64,000 bases of DNA from Candidatus Oxydemutatoraceae bacterium. GTDB lineage: Bacteria; Pseudomonadota; Gammaproteobacteria; Poriferisulfidales; Oxydemutatoraceae. Both the position numbers and the translations under genes were made by a program. The notes under the pieces are model-generated. The model worked only from the letters and a program-made list of their open reading frames with translations, made no database searches and was not told the DNA's origin. Where the stretch lies: contig OZ243040.1 in assembly GCA_965211995.1 (NCBI GenBank), positions 1,555,363 through 1,619,362 on the forward strand. Reading direction: 5' to 3'. Positions 18,918 through 28,965 of this stretch are shown piece by piece (within the stretch, counting starts at the first letter, position 1; each line of letters starts with the position of its first letter).

Positions 18918-19139
18918 TCACTGCGTTCCTTTGACCGCCATCTGCGGAGGCAACAGCAGGCGGATGACATCGAGCAGCAGTGCGTGAAACAGTTGCAGCG
19001 TGCGTTCAGCACAGGCGATTGAACGCCGGCTGATCCCGGCACGGTCGCGCCCGCGGCGGGGTGCAACCGGTTCGAGGTAGCCGGGATGGTCGCAGCGGCG
19101 GGTGGCTGTCATGAACTGGGGACTCCATTGCAAAGACAA
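18918..19139 (-). pseudogene. truncated ppc N-terminal copy (repeat unit 3)
   Basis: Encodes 'MSLQWSPQFMTATRRCDHPGYLEPVAPRRGRDRAGISRRSIACAERTLQLFHALLLD', then diverges. Confidence 0.6.
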
Positions 19140-19321
19140 ACCCGCCGACGCCGCGGATTCCCGACGACGACGATGCGGGCGGGAATGACGCCACGAACGC
19201 CTGCGCGAAAGTCAAAAGACATCATCACTGCGCCCCTTTGCTCGACGTCTGCGGGCACAACAGGCGTTGCATTTCGGATTTGAATTCGCCGGATGGGCGA
19301 AGCAGAGCGGTCGCGGCTTCC

Positions 19322-20296
19322 TCAGGCGACTCGGTCTCCGGGTTTTCCGCCGGCGAGATAGGTGCGGAGATTTTCGAGAACGCGCCGGCCCATCGCGATG
19401 CGCGTTTCAGACGACGCGCTGCCGAGATGCGGCAGCAGCACCGCGTTTTCGAGCATCAGAAAACCCTGGTCGAGGGCGGGCTCGCCTTCGTACACGTCGA
19501 GGCCGGCGCCCGCGATGCGATTGCGGCTGAGCGCTTCTATCAGCGCCCGGTTATCTATGACGTCGCCGCGCGCGGTGTTGATCAGATACGCCCCCGGCTT
19601 CATCAGCGCCAGCCGCTCCCGGTTGATCAGGTGGTAAGTCTGCTTGCCGCCGGGGCAATGCAGTGAAACAAAATCGGCTTTCGGCAGCAGGTCTTCGAGC
19701 GAGTCGCAACGCTCGGCGTTGTACTTCTTCGTCACTTCGATGGGGACGTCAAACGGATCCGTGTAGATGATCTTCATGCCGAAACCGAAATGCGCCTTGT
19801 TCGAGACCGCTTGGGCGATGCGCCCGAAGCCGACCAGCCCCAGCGTTTTGCCGGTGACTTTGGTGCCGACCATATGCGTCGGGCGCCAGCCTTCCCACGC
19901 CTGCGCGCGCACGTGGCGTTCGCCTTCGCCGATGCGGCGCGCGACCGCGAGCATCAGCACCATCGCGATATCGGCGGTGCAGTCGGTCAGCACTTCGGGC
20001 GTGTTGGTGACGACCAGCCCCGCGGCTTTGGCCGCATCCAAATCTATGTGGTTGAAACCGACGCCGAAGTTGCCGAGAAACTTGCAGCGCATATCGGAGA
20101 CGCCGAGCACCTCCGCGTCAAACGCGTCGGTCACGGTCGGCAACACGCAGTCGGCGCTGTGCAGCGCGTCTTTGAGTTCGTCTTTCGACAGCGGGCGGTC
20201 GGCTTCGTTAAGCCGGACGTCGCCGCACATTTGTTGCAGTTCTTCTTCGACGACGCCCGGCCAGCGCCGCGTAACGATGACTGTTTTGTCTTTCAT
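19322..20296 (-). CDS. hprA: D-isomer-specific 2-hydroxyacid dehydrogenase, probably hydroxypyruvate reductase of the serine cycle
   Basis: NAD-binding 'GLVGFGRIAQAV'; catalytic R/E/H pattern; sits in the serine-cycle cluster; start taken at 'MKDKTVIV'. Confidence 0.75.
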   Translation of the reverse strand: MKDKTVIVTRRWPGVVEEELQQMCGDVRLNEADRPLSKDELKDALHSADCVLPTVTDAFDAEVLGVSDMRCKFLGNFGVGFNHIDLDAAKAAGLVVTNTPEVLTDCTADIAMVLMLAVARRIGEGERHVRAQAWEGWRPTHMVGTKVTGKTLGLVGFGRIAQAVSNKAHFGFGMKIIYTDPFDVPIEVTKKYNAERCDSLEDLLPKADFVSLHCPGGKQTYHLINRERLALMKPGAYLINTARGDVIDNRALIEALSRNRIAGAGLDVYEGEPALDQGFLMLENAVLLPHLGSASSETRIAMGRRVLENLRTYLAGGKPGDRVA

Positions 20297-20377
20297 TTCA
20301 AAAATCCTTGAGGGCATGGTTCCCTTATTTTAACGGCGCCGGCGGAAACCGGGTGCCATGGGCCAAAATCGCGTTAT

Positions 20378-21265
20378 TCAACACCGGCTTAGCGCTTGTT
20401 CCATGGTGGCGCCCAGTTCCGACGGACTCGGCGCGAGGATCGCACCGGCTTCCTGCAAAATCTTGACTTTCTCGGCGGCGCTTTCGCCCTTGCCCGACAC
20501 GATCGCGCCGGCGTGGCCCATGCGCCGCCCTTTCGGCGCGGTCAGCCCCGCGATGTACGCGACCACCGGCTTGCTCATCCGCTCGCGAATGTAGTCGGCG
20601 GCTTCGGCCTCCTGCGGCCCGCCGATCTCGCCGATCAACATCACCGCCTTGGTAGCGCTATCGGCCTCGAACAGTTCGAGGATGTCGCGGTGCGAACTGC
20701 CGTTGATCGGGTCGCCGCCGATGCCGACGCTGGTCGAGATGCCGATGCCGGCGGCTTTCATCTGCGACGCGGCTTCGTAGCCGAGCGTGCCTGAGCGCGC
20801 GACTACGCCGACCTCGCCGGGCATATAGATGTGTCCGGGCATGATGCCGAGCAGCGCCTTGCCCGGGGTGATCGTGCCCGCGCAGTTGGGGCCGGTCAGG
20901 ATCATCTTGTCTTTGCGCCGGTAGCGGCGCATGAAGCGCTTGACTTTCATCATGTCGAGCGTCGGGATGCCGTCGGTGATCGCAACGCAGTAACGGATGC
21001 CGGCGTCGGCGGCCTCCATGATCGAATCCGCCGCCGCCGCCGCGGGCACGAACACGATGCTGGTGTCGGCACCGGTCGCGGCGACGGCTTCCTTGACGGT
21101 GTTGAACACCGGCTTGTTGAGGTGCGCCTGCCCGCCCTTGACCGGCGTCACGCCGCCGACGACGTTGGTGCCGTATTCCATCATCTCTTTGGCGTGGAAC
21201 GAGCCGATGCGCCCGGTAAAGCCCTGGATGATGACTTCGCTGTGCTCGTCTAGCAGGATGGACAC
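20378..21265 (-). CDS. mtkB: malate thiokinase small subunit (succinyl-CoA synthetase alpha-like)
   Basis: SucD-like CoA-binding fold; the context between mcl and hprA argues for Mtk rather than SucD. Confidence 0.7.
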   Translation of the reverse strand: MSILLDEHSEVIIQGFTGRIGSFHAKEMMEYGTNVVGGVTPVKGGQAHLNKPVFNTVKEAVAATGADTSIVFVPAAAAADSIMEAADAGIRYCVAITDGIPTLDMMKVKRFMRRYRRKDKMILTGPNCAGTITPGKALLGIMPGHIYMPGEVGVVARSGTLGYEAASQMKAAGIGISTSVGIGGDPINGSSHRDILELFEADSATKAVMLIGEIGGPQEAEAADYIRERMSKPVVAYIAGLTAPKGRRMGHAGAIVSGKGESAAEKVKILQEAGAILAPSPSELGATMEQALSRC

Positions 21266-21270
21266 GGCGT

Positions 21271-22437
21271 TTAACCCCGGTTGACCGCCGCAACCGCGTG
21301 TTGCGCGGCTTCGCCGAGCGTGTCGGCGGAGATGATCGGGAAGTCGCTGTCCTCGAGCATCTGCTTGCCGAGTTCGACGTTGGTGCCCGACAAACGCACG
21401 ATCAGCGGAACGTTGACTTCGAGTTTCTTGACCGCCTTGACGATGCCCTCGGCGATCCAGTCACAGCGGTTGATGCCGGCGTAGATGTTGACCAGCAACG
21501 CCTTGACGTTGTCGTCCTCAAGCACCAGTTCAAACGCCTTCGCGACCCGTTCGGGCGACGCGCCGCCGCCGATGTCGAGGAAGTTCGCGGGCTCGCCGCC
21601 GACGTGCTTGATCATGTCCATCGTCGCCATCGCCAGCCCGGCGCCGTTGATCATGCAGCCGATGTTGCCGCCGAGGCCGACGTAGCTGAGGTCGTGGTCG
21701 GAGGCGCGGGTCTCGCGCGGGTCTTCCTGCGACTTGTCGCGCCGCTCGGTGATCTCGGGGTGGCGAAACAGCGCGTTGTCGTCGAAGTTGATCTTTGCAT
21801 CAAGCGCAATCAGGCGCTTCTGGCGCGTCACCACCAGCGGGTTGATCTCGACCATGTTCGCGTCGAGCGTGATCAGGACGTTGTAGCAGGCCATGAAAGT
21901 GGTGATCGCCTGTTTGACCACTTCCCCGGACAGGTCGAGCGAGAATGCGAGTTCGCGCGCCTGAAAGGCGGTCAGCCCGACCGCCGGGTCCACCGGCACG
22001 CGCATGATCGCCGCGGGGTTTTTGGCCGAGACTTCCTCGATCTCCACGCCGCCCTCGCTCGAAACCACCGCGACGACGCGCTCGCTCGCGCGGTCAACCA
22101 CGAACGCCGCGTAGATCTCGCGCTCGATCTCGCTCGCGGCTTCGATATAGACTTTCTCGACGATCTTGCCCTGCGGGCCGGTCTGGTGCGTCACCAGGCG
22201 CGAGCCGATCAACTTGTCGGCGGCCTTCGCGACTTCGCGGTCGCTCTCGCAGACGATGATGCCGCCGGCCTTGCCGCGCGCCCCCGAGTGCACCTGCGCC
22301 TTGAGCACGCATTTTTCGATTGCGAGCGAGCGGTAACTGACCACCGCCTGCTCCGGGCTGAAAGCGATCCTGCCGGGGGAAATTCTGACGCCGTGCTCGG
22401 CGAGCAGTTCCTTGGCCTGGTATTCGTGAATGTTCAC
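21271..22437 (-). CDS. mtkA: malate thiokinase large subunit (succinyl-CoA synthetase beta-like, ATP-grasp)
   Basis: 'MNIHEYQAKELL' SucC-like N-terminus; serine-cycle context. Confidence 0.7.
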   Translation of the reverse strand: MNIHEYQAKELLAEHGVRISPGRIAFSPEQAVVSYRSLAIEKCVLKAQVHSGARGKAGGIIVCESDREVAKAADKLIGSRLVTHQTGPQGKIVEKVYIEAASEIEREIYAAFVVDRASERVVAVVSSEGGVEIEEVSAKNPAAIMRVPVDPAVGLTAFQARELAFSLDLSGEVVKQAITTFMACYNVLITLDANMVEINPLVVTRQKRLIALDAKINFDDNALFRHPEITERRDKSQEDPRETRASDHDLSYVGLGGNIGCMINGAGLAMATMDMIKHVGGEPANFLDIGGGASPERVAKAFELVLEDDNVKALLVNIYAGINRCDWIAEGIVKAVKKLEVNVPLIVRLSGTNVELGKQMLEDSDFPIISADTLGEAAQHAVAAVNRG

Positions 22438-22462
22438 CGCCGTGGTTCGCTGAGGCGCCGGT

Positions 22463-23416
22463 TCAAACGCCCCCCTCTTTGGCGTTGATCGCGTCGGCGG
22501 TGCGCACGACGTTCTCAGCCATGCGCGCCGAGGCCGCGTCGATCATCTTGCCGTCGAGCGAGGCTGCGCCGCGTCCCTCGCGCGCGGCTTTGTCGAGTTC
22601 CGCGAGGATCTTGCGCGCTTTTTCGATCTCGGCGGGCGGCGGCGAAAACACCCGGTTCGCGAGTTCGATCTGCAAGGGGTGGATCGCCCATTTGCCTTCG
22701 ATGCCGAGCGCCGCGGCGCGCTTCGCCGCGAAAATGTAGCCGTCGGAGTCCCTGAAATCTCCGAACGGGCCGTCGATCGGGCGCAGGCCGCAGGCGCGGC
22801 AGGCGACGGTCATGCGGCTGAGCGCCGCGTGCCACTGATCGCCCGGGTAGTCGGGATTGAGGCCGCCGATGTTGACCGTGCGCGCACGGTTGCTCGCGGC
22901 GTAATCGGCGACGCCGAAGTGCATCGCCTCCAGGCGCGTGCCGCGCGCGGCGGCAATCGCCTCGACGTGGGCCATGCCGATTGCGGTTTCGATCAGCGCT
23001 TCCAGTCCGATGCGGTGCTCGATGCCCATCGCTTCCTCGATCTGGGTCACCATCATGTCCACCGCGTACAGATCCGCGGGCACGCCGACCTTCGGCACCA
23101 GGATTGTGTCCAGGTGTCGCCCGGCCTGCTCGACCACGTCCACCACGTCGCGGTACATATAGTGTGTGTCGAGACCGTTGATGCGCACCGACACGGTCTT
23201 GTCGGCGGCTTTCCAATCAAGGTCGTTGAGCGCCTGGATTGCGTTCTTGCGCGCCTGCGGCTTGTCGTCGGGCGCAACCGCGTCCTCAAGATCAAGAAAC
23301 ACGTAATCGGCGTCCGACGCGAGCGCCTTTTCGATCATGCCGGGGTTCGACGCCGGCACCGCGAGTTCGCTGCGCTGCACGCGGGCGGTCGCGGGTTCGT
23401 AACGTGTGTGGCTCAT
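22463..23416 (-). CDS. mcl: malyl-CoA lyase (HpcH/HpaI aldolase, citrate lyase beta-like)
   Basis: CitE/HpcH family sequence adjacent to mtkAB. Confidence 0.75.
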   Translation of the reverse strand: MSHTRYEPATARVQRSELAVPASNPGMIEKALASDADYVFLDLEDAVAPDDKPQARKNAIQALNDLDWKAADKTVSVRINGLDTHYMYRDVVDVVEQAGRHLDTILVPKVGVPADLYAVDMMVTQIEEAMGIEHRIGLEALIETAIGMAHVEAIAAARGTRLEAMHFGVADYAASNRARTVNIGGLNPDYPGDQWHAALSRMTVACRACGLRPIDGPFGDFRDSDGYIFAAKRAAALGIEGKWAIHPLQIELANRVFSPPPAEIEKARKILAELDKAAREGRGAASLDGKMIDAASARMAENVVRTADAINAKEGGV

Positions 23417-23437
23417 GGTCGTGTTGCGCGCCGGGGC

Positions 23438-24700
23438 TCAGCCGCGGCTCTTTGCGGTGGCTTTGGGGCGCCCCGGCTTTTTGGGCGCGGGCTTTTTGAC
23501 CGCTACCTTTTTGGCCTTGGACTTTTTCGCGCCGGGCGCGGTTTCGCGGAAGTATTCCTCGGCCGCGGCGGTGCCGCTGCCGGCGGCAATCTTGAGACCC
23601 GCGTCGCGCATCGCCATTTCGGTGCCCGCGAGCGCCGCGAGGATCGAGGTCTCGTTGTTGTCTCCGAGATGCCCGATGCGGAACACCTTGCCCGCGAGTT
23701 TGGAAAGCCCCGCGCCAAGCGAGATGTTGTAGCGGTGGTAGGCGATATCAATCACCTTGCGCGCGTCGCGGCTCGGCGGCACGACAATCGCCGTGACCGT
23801 GTCCGAATACCATTTCGGCTCTTTCGCGCAGGTCTTGAGACCCCACGCCCAAATCGCGCGGCGCACGCCTTCGGCGAGGCGGTGGTGGCGCTTGAACACG
23901 CTGTTGAGGCCCTCGTCGAGCAGCAGGTCGAGCGACTTTCTCAAGCCGTACAGCAGCGGGATCGAGGGGGTGTACGGAAAGAAACCGTCCTTGTTGGTGA
24001 CGATATGGTCTTCGATGTCGAGATAGCACCGTGCGCACTTTGCTTGCTTGCGAGATTGCAACGCCCTTTTGCTGAAGCATGCGAGCGCGAGTCCCGCCGG
24101 CAGCATGAAGCCCTTTTGCGAGCCGCTGATCGCGACGTCCACTTTCCAGTCGTCCATGCGGAAGTCCACGCTCGCGATTGAACTGACGCCGTCCACGTAG
24201 AGCATCGCCGGGTGCTTGACCCGATCGAGCACTTTGCGCACGCCGCGCACGTCGCTGGCGACGCCGGTCGCGGTTTCGTTCTGGCACACCATCACGCCCT
24301 TGATCTGGTGGCGGGTGTCGGCCTTGAGGCGCTTTTGGAGTCTGTCGAGCGGAAAACCCTGCCCCCACGGCGTCTCGAAAACCTCGACGTCGAGGCCGAC
24401 GCGCTGCGCGAGATCAATCCACAGGTGGCTGAACTGCCCGAAGCGCGCGCTCAGCACTTTGTCTCCCGGCGACCGCGTGTTCACCAGCGCGACCTCCCAG
24501 CCGGCGGTGCCTGAGCCGGGGAAGATGAACGATTGCCCCGTCTCGGTTTTGAAAACCCGGTTGAGATCCCTGAACAGCGGCTTGGTCAGTTTGTGCATGT
24601 CGGGGCGACGGTGATCCTCCTGCGGAACGCGCATCGCGTTGTCAACGGCCGCCGGCAGATTGGTCGGGCCCGGCACATATAAGAAATTACGTCCTGGCAT
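23438..24700 (-). CDS. sga: serine--glyoxylate aminotransferase (class V aminotransferase)
   Basis: 'MPGRNFLYVPGPTNLP' start, PLP-lysine region 'SGSQKG'; unusual Lys/Ala/Pro-rich C-terminal tail. Confidence 0.8.
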   Translation of the reverse strand: MPGRNFLYVPGPTNLPAAVDNAMRVPQEDHRRPDMHKLTKPLFRDLNRVFKTETGQSFIFPGSGTAGWEVALVNTRSPGDKVLSARFGQFSHLWIDLAQRVGLDVEVFETPWGQGFPLDRLQKRLKADTRHQIKGVMVCQNETATGVASDVRGVRKVLDRVKHPAMLYVDGVSSIASVDFRMDDWKVDVAISGSQKGFMLPAGLALACFSKRALQSRKQAKCARCYLDIEDHIVTNKDGFFPYTPSIPLLYGLRKSLDLLLDEGLNSVFKRHHRLAEGVRRAIWAWGLKTCAKEPKWYSDTVTAIVVPPSRDARKVIDIAYHRYNISLGAGLSKLAGKVFRIGHLGDNNETSILAALAGTEMAMRDAGLKIAAGSGTAAAEEYFRETAPGAKKSKAKKVAVKKPAPKKPGRPKATAKSRG

Positions 24701-25252
24701 GGTTGTTGTCCTGAAGTTCGGTTGAGTGGGCAATGGATTTCGCCGGGAAAAACCGGGCGAAGCCGGCAATTATGCCGCAAACAGCGGCTGTTTCTCAAGC
24801 GGGCGTAAGTCCGATGCAAGTCAGAAGCGTATGCCCTGCTCCGGGGCATGGCTCCCCGGGACGGGGATCAAGACGGCGCTTGCTGCCGCCCGCGGCAAAG
24901 GGATGCCATGACGCGGGAGGCTGGAACCGTGTTCGGCGGGGGGTTGACCGGCTAAGGCTGAGTGAGGCGGGGCAAAGTCGGGGCACCTCAGACCAACTGA
25001 AGCAACGGCTGCAACAGGGTGCGTGGGTGCCATTGACTGACACCTTTACCGGTGCGCGGCGTACCCGTTTGACCGCTAGAGGGAAATGGAGCGTTGCAAC
25101 GGGGTTAAGGGGGATTCCCTCGCGCCAAGAGGAAAGCGGTTTGTGACGTTCGGCAATGCCGGCATCGCCAAACGCTGAAACAGCGCCGTTCCATCCGTGG
25201 AGATATCAAGTCGGAATCTATGCGGACTTTTTTTTGCAAGTCGGTTTTTCTT

Positions 25253-25455
25253 CTACAGACCGAGGAGGCTAAAAGGAATTGGCTGTTGGCGCCTGGGTTT
25301 GGGGGGTTCGCGCGGGGGATTAGTGTCAATGCCGCCGGCTTCAAGTTCCGCCTGCTTTTGTTGCCACTCGTGAAATCCGCGCAAGTTCATTTGCGGGTTT
25401 TGGGCGGCAATTTCCTCCATGGTCAGTATTTTGGGAGGTGTTGGCTTGTTCATAA
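25253..25455 (-). CDS. small hypothetical protein (~66 aa)
   Basis: ORF 5 bp downstream of the membrane-protein gene; no recognisable motif. Confidence 0.25.
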
Positions 25456-25587
25456 GAGACTCCTGGTATGGACAGTGGACAGCCACTCTTGGATAAGCGA
25501 CCTGGACAATTCCGCCGCCAATTCTATCTGATGACGTGCGCTTGGGGGGTATTGATGCGGATGGACAACTGAGAACATACATACCTC

Positions 25588-26253
25588 CTACCGTCGGCGT
25601 ATGTAATAACCGCTATCACTGTCAAGGGGAATTTCATCCCCTTCCTGAGCATGATCGCTTTCCAAGTGCTTCCATGAAAGCCACAAGACCATAACAGTGG
25701 CCACTAGTATAGATCCTACTATCCACCACCTGTATGGGACACATCCAGGGTCAAAACACATCAGGCTGAAAACAAGCAACACCGACCAAATAACCGTGCT
25801 CAAAAGACTTACAGCAATACCAATTTTAGAAACAGAAAAGGGGGACGCTGAAAGAAGCGAATTTGATCCAGTATATTCGTGGATAGATGTCTTATATAAT
25901 TTGCCTGTAATTTCATCCTCTAAAAAGTCAATATTTTTCTCCCAAATCTCTTGCCAATACCGACTACCCTTATTAGCCAACCACCACCAAAAAGAAAGGA
26001 TCAGTCCAACAGAACTCAGAGCAACAGAGGCTACCCATAGGACCAAACCGTTTTGAGACTTTACCAAACCAGCATAAGCGACAAACGCAAGTGCAATAAA
26101 AACCCAAAAATAAGCCGACCTTTTCCAAAAAAGATCTATTTCAAACCGACGTATTTCATGTGCGTATTTAAGTGCTCTTGCCTGCATACGCTCTCTCTGG
26201 GGGTTATCCCCAAAAGCCTCGCGCAGGTACTTTTGTCTGGCAGTTTCATTCAT
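25588..26253 (-). CDS. hypothetical 4-TM membrane protein, coupled to the res gene
   Basis: 221 aa, two hydrophobic helix pairs; starts 15 bp after the res stop; low GC. Confidence 0.5.
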   Translation of the reverse strand: MNETARQKYLREAFGDNPQRERMQARALKYAHEIRRFEIDLFWKRSAYFWVFIALAFVAYAGLVKSQNGLVLWVASVALSSVGLILSFWWWLANKGSRYWQEIWEKNIDFLEDEITGKLYKTSIHEYTGSNSLLSASPFSVSKIGIAVSLLSTVIWSVLLVFSLMCFDPGCVPYRWWIVGSILVATVMVLWLSWKHLESDHAQEGDEIPLDSDSGYYIRRR

Positions 26254-26268
26254 GCGGTAAAGACCCGG

Positions 26269-28950
26269 TTATTTATAATTGGTGAAACCCTCCACCAACT
26301 CTTTAAATGATTGTGGATTATATTCGTAGAACCCTTTCTCATCCACATAAACAAAGTCATAAATAACTTCTGATTGTATTCGATTAATATCTTCACACCA
26401 TTGTTTCAACCTTTTCATTTTCAAATCCACGTCCATATCTTTTAGCCCTTTAGTTTCCACAATAAAAATCTCAGAGGGGGATTTTTTGACCAGGAAATCA
26501 GGGTAATAATTAGAAATATTCCCGTCGGCGTTCACGTAATCTATCTTGAAATGGGAAGTGGCATTTTTTGCATAGGAAATAATGTCCGCACATTCCTCTA
26601 AAAACCCCGCAAACTTCAACTCAAGGTGGCTATCCCCCACAATCTTATTGAAAACACTCTTTTTAGGAATCAAATACTCTTGCTGCTTAACGACACAGGG
26701 GCGTGTTTTACGCAACTTGATCGCATCCCGTATTTCCGCATTGCCCCGGTCTTGCACCGTTAATTCGTTGATCCTTTTTTTGAAAGTATCAATTAATGTC
26801 TTGCAGGCAACCAGTTCCGACAGATTACGCAAAGTGTTGGGATTCTCCAATTCGATTTCCTTGCCAAATAAATGAAACCTTATAAACTCTTTTACTTTTC
26901 CATAAAGCACATCATACCCGCTGAATAAACGCAGATCTTTCATGATTGTCTTTGTAAAATACCCAATGACACTGCTGTAATTAGGGACACCGGAAATATC
27001 CAGTTTCGTGATATGTGTAATTTCTCCTGTTGTGATGTCTTTAAAAACAATTTCCCGCTGCTGTTCCTTTACAAACTGACGATAAGGCGCTTTCTCACAA
27101 CCAAAAGTGCCAACATCAAGATCGTCAAGGTTCTTATACTCACGATAGATTCTAGCGGTCAGAACCGGGATCTCGATATCCAGTGCATCCATATCTTTGT
27201 TTTTGTTGTCATGGTCAATTTCAATAATGAGCGGCGTTTTTGCACTAGTGCCCTCTCCCATCGCTGCGCGTTCCAGTTCAACCCCCTCAGTTTGAATGGA
27301 CTCCACAAATTCCATAAAGGCGTCAGTCCCAACCACACTGACTTGTTCTTCCGCATCCTCATCCGGATACATCCTGCGCAAACCGCGGCCTAAGGTTTGT
27401 TCCGGCAAAATGTTGCTCTGAGCGGTATATGGCCTCAAGCCCACAATCGTCGTCACATTACGTACATCCCAACCTTCCTTAAGCACCAGCACTGAAACAA
27501 TAGCCTTATACGAGTTATCTGCACTATCAATAGCATTCGCTTGCTTTCTCAACTTTTCCAATTCGTCTTTGTTTCTACTGCTGTCTGCCTCAGAAATCTC
27601 CCCATTCTTTTTAGTGTGAATAACCAGTACGGCATCTTTCAGATCAGGGTAGGTGCTTTCTAGATATTCGGCAACGCTATCGCAATTCTTTGTGTCATCC
27701 GTCATTACAAACAAAATCGCTTTTTTATCTAGTTTCTTGTGTTCCTCATAAGTTTTTCTCCATTCAACCACCCCCAGATGCAAATAATCAGAATACTTTT
27801 CAGTATATTTAATGCTTTGCTTCTCTCTGAGTTTAGCCCTGCTGGCAGAATCGGGAAGCACGGGATGTTTAACCACATTTTGAGAAATTGCTTCGACCAA
27901 CGGGTAGTCTGAAACAGTTTGCACGAAAATCGCCCCATTATTGTGCTTGGGTGTCGCGGTGGTATCTACCTGCAAAGATAACTCGCTGCCTTTCTGCAGC
28001 AAATGATTGTGAATGTCTTCAATGCACTTAAACCAAGCGAGACTACTATCGTGTATGTGATGCGCCTCATCGTTCAAAACCACTAACTCATCTATGTCAC
28101 GAACGATAACCCCTAAATCTATCTTGGAATCCGTAGTCGCACCTGTCGGTTTTTTGCCTAGAAAATAGCCCCTCGTATCGTCATCGTCAGCCGATGGAAG
28201 AGCATCGTCGCCGGCATATATGCGATGGATATTAGTCAGAAAGACATTGCCAGCAGGACGAGTAACACGCACTTCATCCTGTATGTGCACGGTCAAGTTA
28301 AAGTCATCGTTCCAATTCCGGCCGCCCACTCCATCATCAGGCAATATCGGATCTTCCCTGAAAATTTTCGAGTCTACAAAATCCTTACGCAGTCTGTCCA
28401 AAACTATAATGTTGGGAGCAATCACAAGAAAGTTGCGGGCAAGTTCTGATTCATCCTCGTAAATCTTATGGAAATAACTCCAAGCCAAGACCAGGCTCAT
28501 AACTTTAGTTTTTCCCGTTCCTGTCGCCATCTTGACGACAAAGCGTTTCCAACTCTCATCGAACATGTTTGCGGAAACAGCGCCGGATTTGTCAAATCGA
28601 AGCATGTCGTACTTGTCTTTTATACGTGCCACGTCGTATAAATAAATGATCGTCTCAATGGCTTCCCTCTGGGCAAAGTAATACTGGAACTCCGTTGCCG
28701 TTCCATCATTTGTATTAGAAATTAAGTGCGGGGTGTTGAACCACCAATTCAAAAGGCTGCGGCTTGTCTCAGTAGCCCCCTTGTACCCGCTATCACGCCA
28801 CTTCTTAACTTGTCTCCTTAACTCCGGGACCAGCGGTGGCAACAACTTCTCAAAACTCGTCTCGCGTAACGTTTCATCTGCCGGGAGCCAGCGAACATCA
28901 GGCTCCAAAATTGCATGAGGAGAATCTGGAAAATCAGGATGGAGTGCCAT
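26269..28950 (-). CDS. res: type III restriction enzyme Res subunit (SF2 helicase plus C-terminal PD-(D/E)xK nuclease)
   Basis: Walker A 'ATGTGKT', 'LNDEAHH' DEAH box, C-terminal 'YYPDFLV...IVETKG' nuclease motif; 893 aa; low GC. Confidence 0.85.
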   Translation of the reverse strand: MALHPDFPDSPHAILEPDVRWLPADETLRETSFEKLLPPLVPELRRQVKKWRDSGYKGATETSRSLLNWWFNTPHLISNTNDGTATEFQYYFAQREAIETIIYLYDVARIKDKYDMLRFDKSGAVSANMFDESWKRFVVKMATGTGKTKVMSLVLAWSYFHKIYEDESELARNFLVIAPNIIVLDRLRKDFVDSKIFREDPILPDDGVGGRNWNDDFNLTVHIQDEVRVTRPAGNVFLTNIHRIYAGDDALPSADDDDTRGYFLGKKPTGATTDSKIDLGVIVRDIDELVVLNDEAHHIHDSSLAWFKCIEDIHNHLLQKGSELSLQVDTTATPKHNNGAIFVQTVSDYPLVEAISQNVVKHPVLPDSASRAKLREKQSIKYTEKYSDYLHLGVVEWRKTYEEHKKLDKKAILFVMTDDTKNCDSVAEYLESTYPDLKDAVLVIHTKKNGEISEADSSRNKDELEKLRKQANAIDSADNSYKAIVSVLVLKEGWDVRNVTTIVGLRPYTAQSNILPEQTLGRGLRRMYPDEDAEEQVSVVGTDAFMEFVESIQTEGVELERAAMGEGTSAKTPLIIEIDHDNKNKDMDALDIEIPVLTARIYREYKNLDDLDVGTFGCEKAPYRQFVKEQQREIVFKDITTGEITHITKLDISGVPNYSSVIGYFTKTIMKDLRLFSGYDVLYGKVKEFIRFHLFGKEIELENPNTLRNLSELVACKTLIDTFKKRINELTVQDRGNAEIRDAIKLRKTRPCVVKQQEYLIPKKSVFNKIVGDSHLELKFAGFLEECADIISYAKNATSHFKIDYVNADGNISNYYPDFLVKKSPSEIFIVETKGLKDMDVDLKMKRLKQWCEDINRIQSEVIYDFVYVDEKGFYEYNPQSFKELVEGFTNYK

Positions 28951-28965
28951 AATTATTGGGGGAAT

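Larger units (their letters stand above)
18350..19260. repeat. tandem triplication (~305 bp unit) of the ppc 5' coding end (~48 codons) plus ~160 bp of upstream sequence
   Basis: Marker 'gagcagcag(t/g)(t/g)cgtgaaacagttgcagcgtgcgttcagc' at 18361, 18666 and 18973; the copies are ~95% identical. Confidence 0.9.

Noticed and set aside
22679-24181. 500-aa plus-strand ORF spanning mcl and sga on the opposite strand
   Set aside because: It is an antisense GC-frame artefact. The minus-strand genes have clear homology.
24770-25250. Searched for a tRNA or tmRNA attachment site at the left boundary of island 2
   Set aside because: I could find no cloverleaf-compatible sequence, GGTTCGA-type T-arm or tmRNA tag frame. 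The region is more likely the sga 5' leader and promoter.
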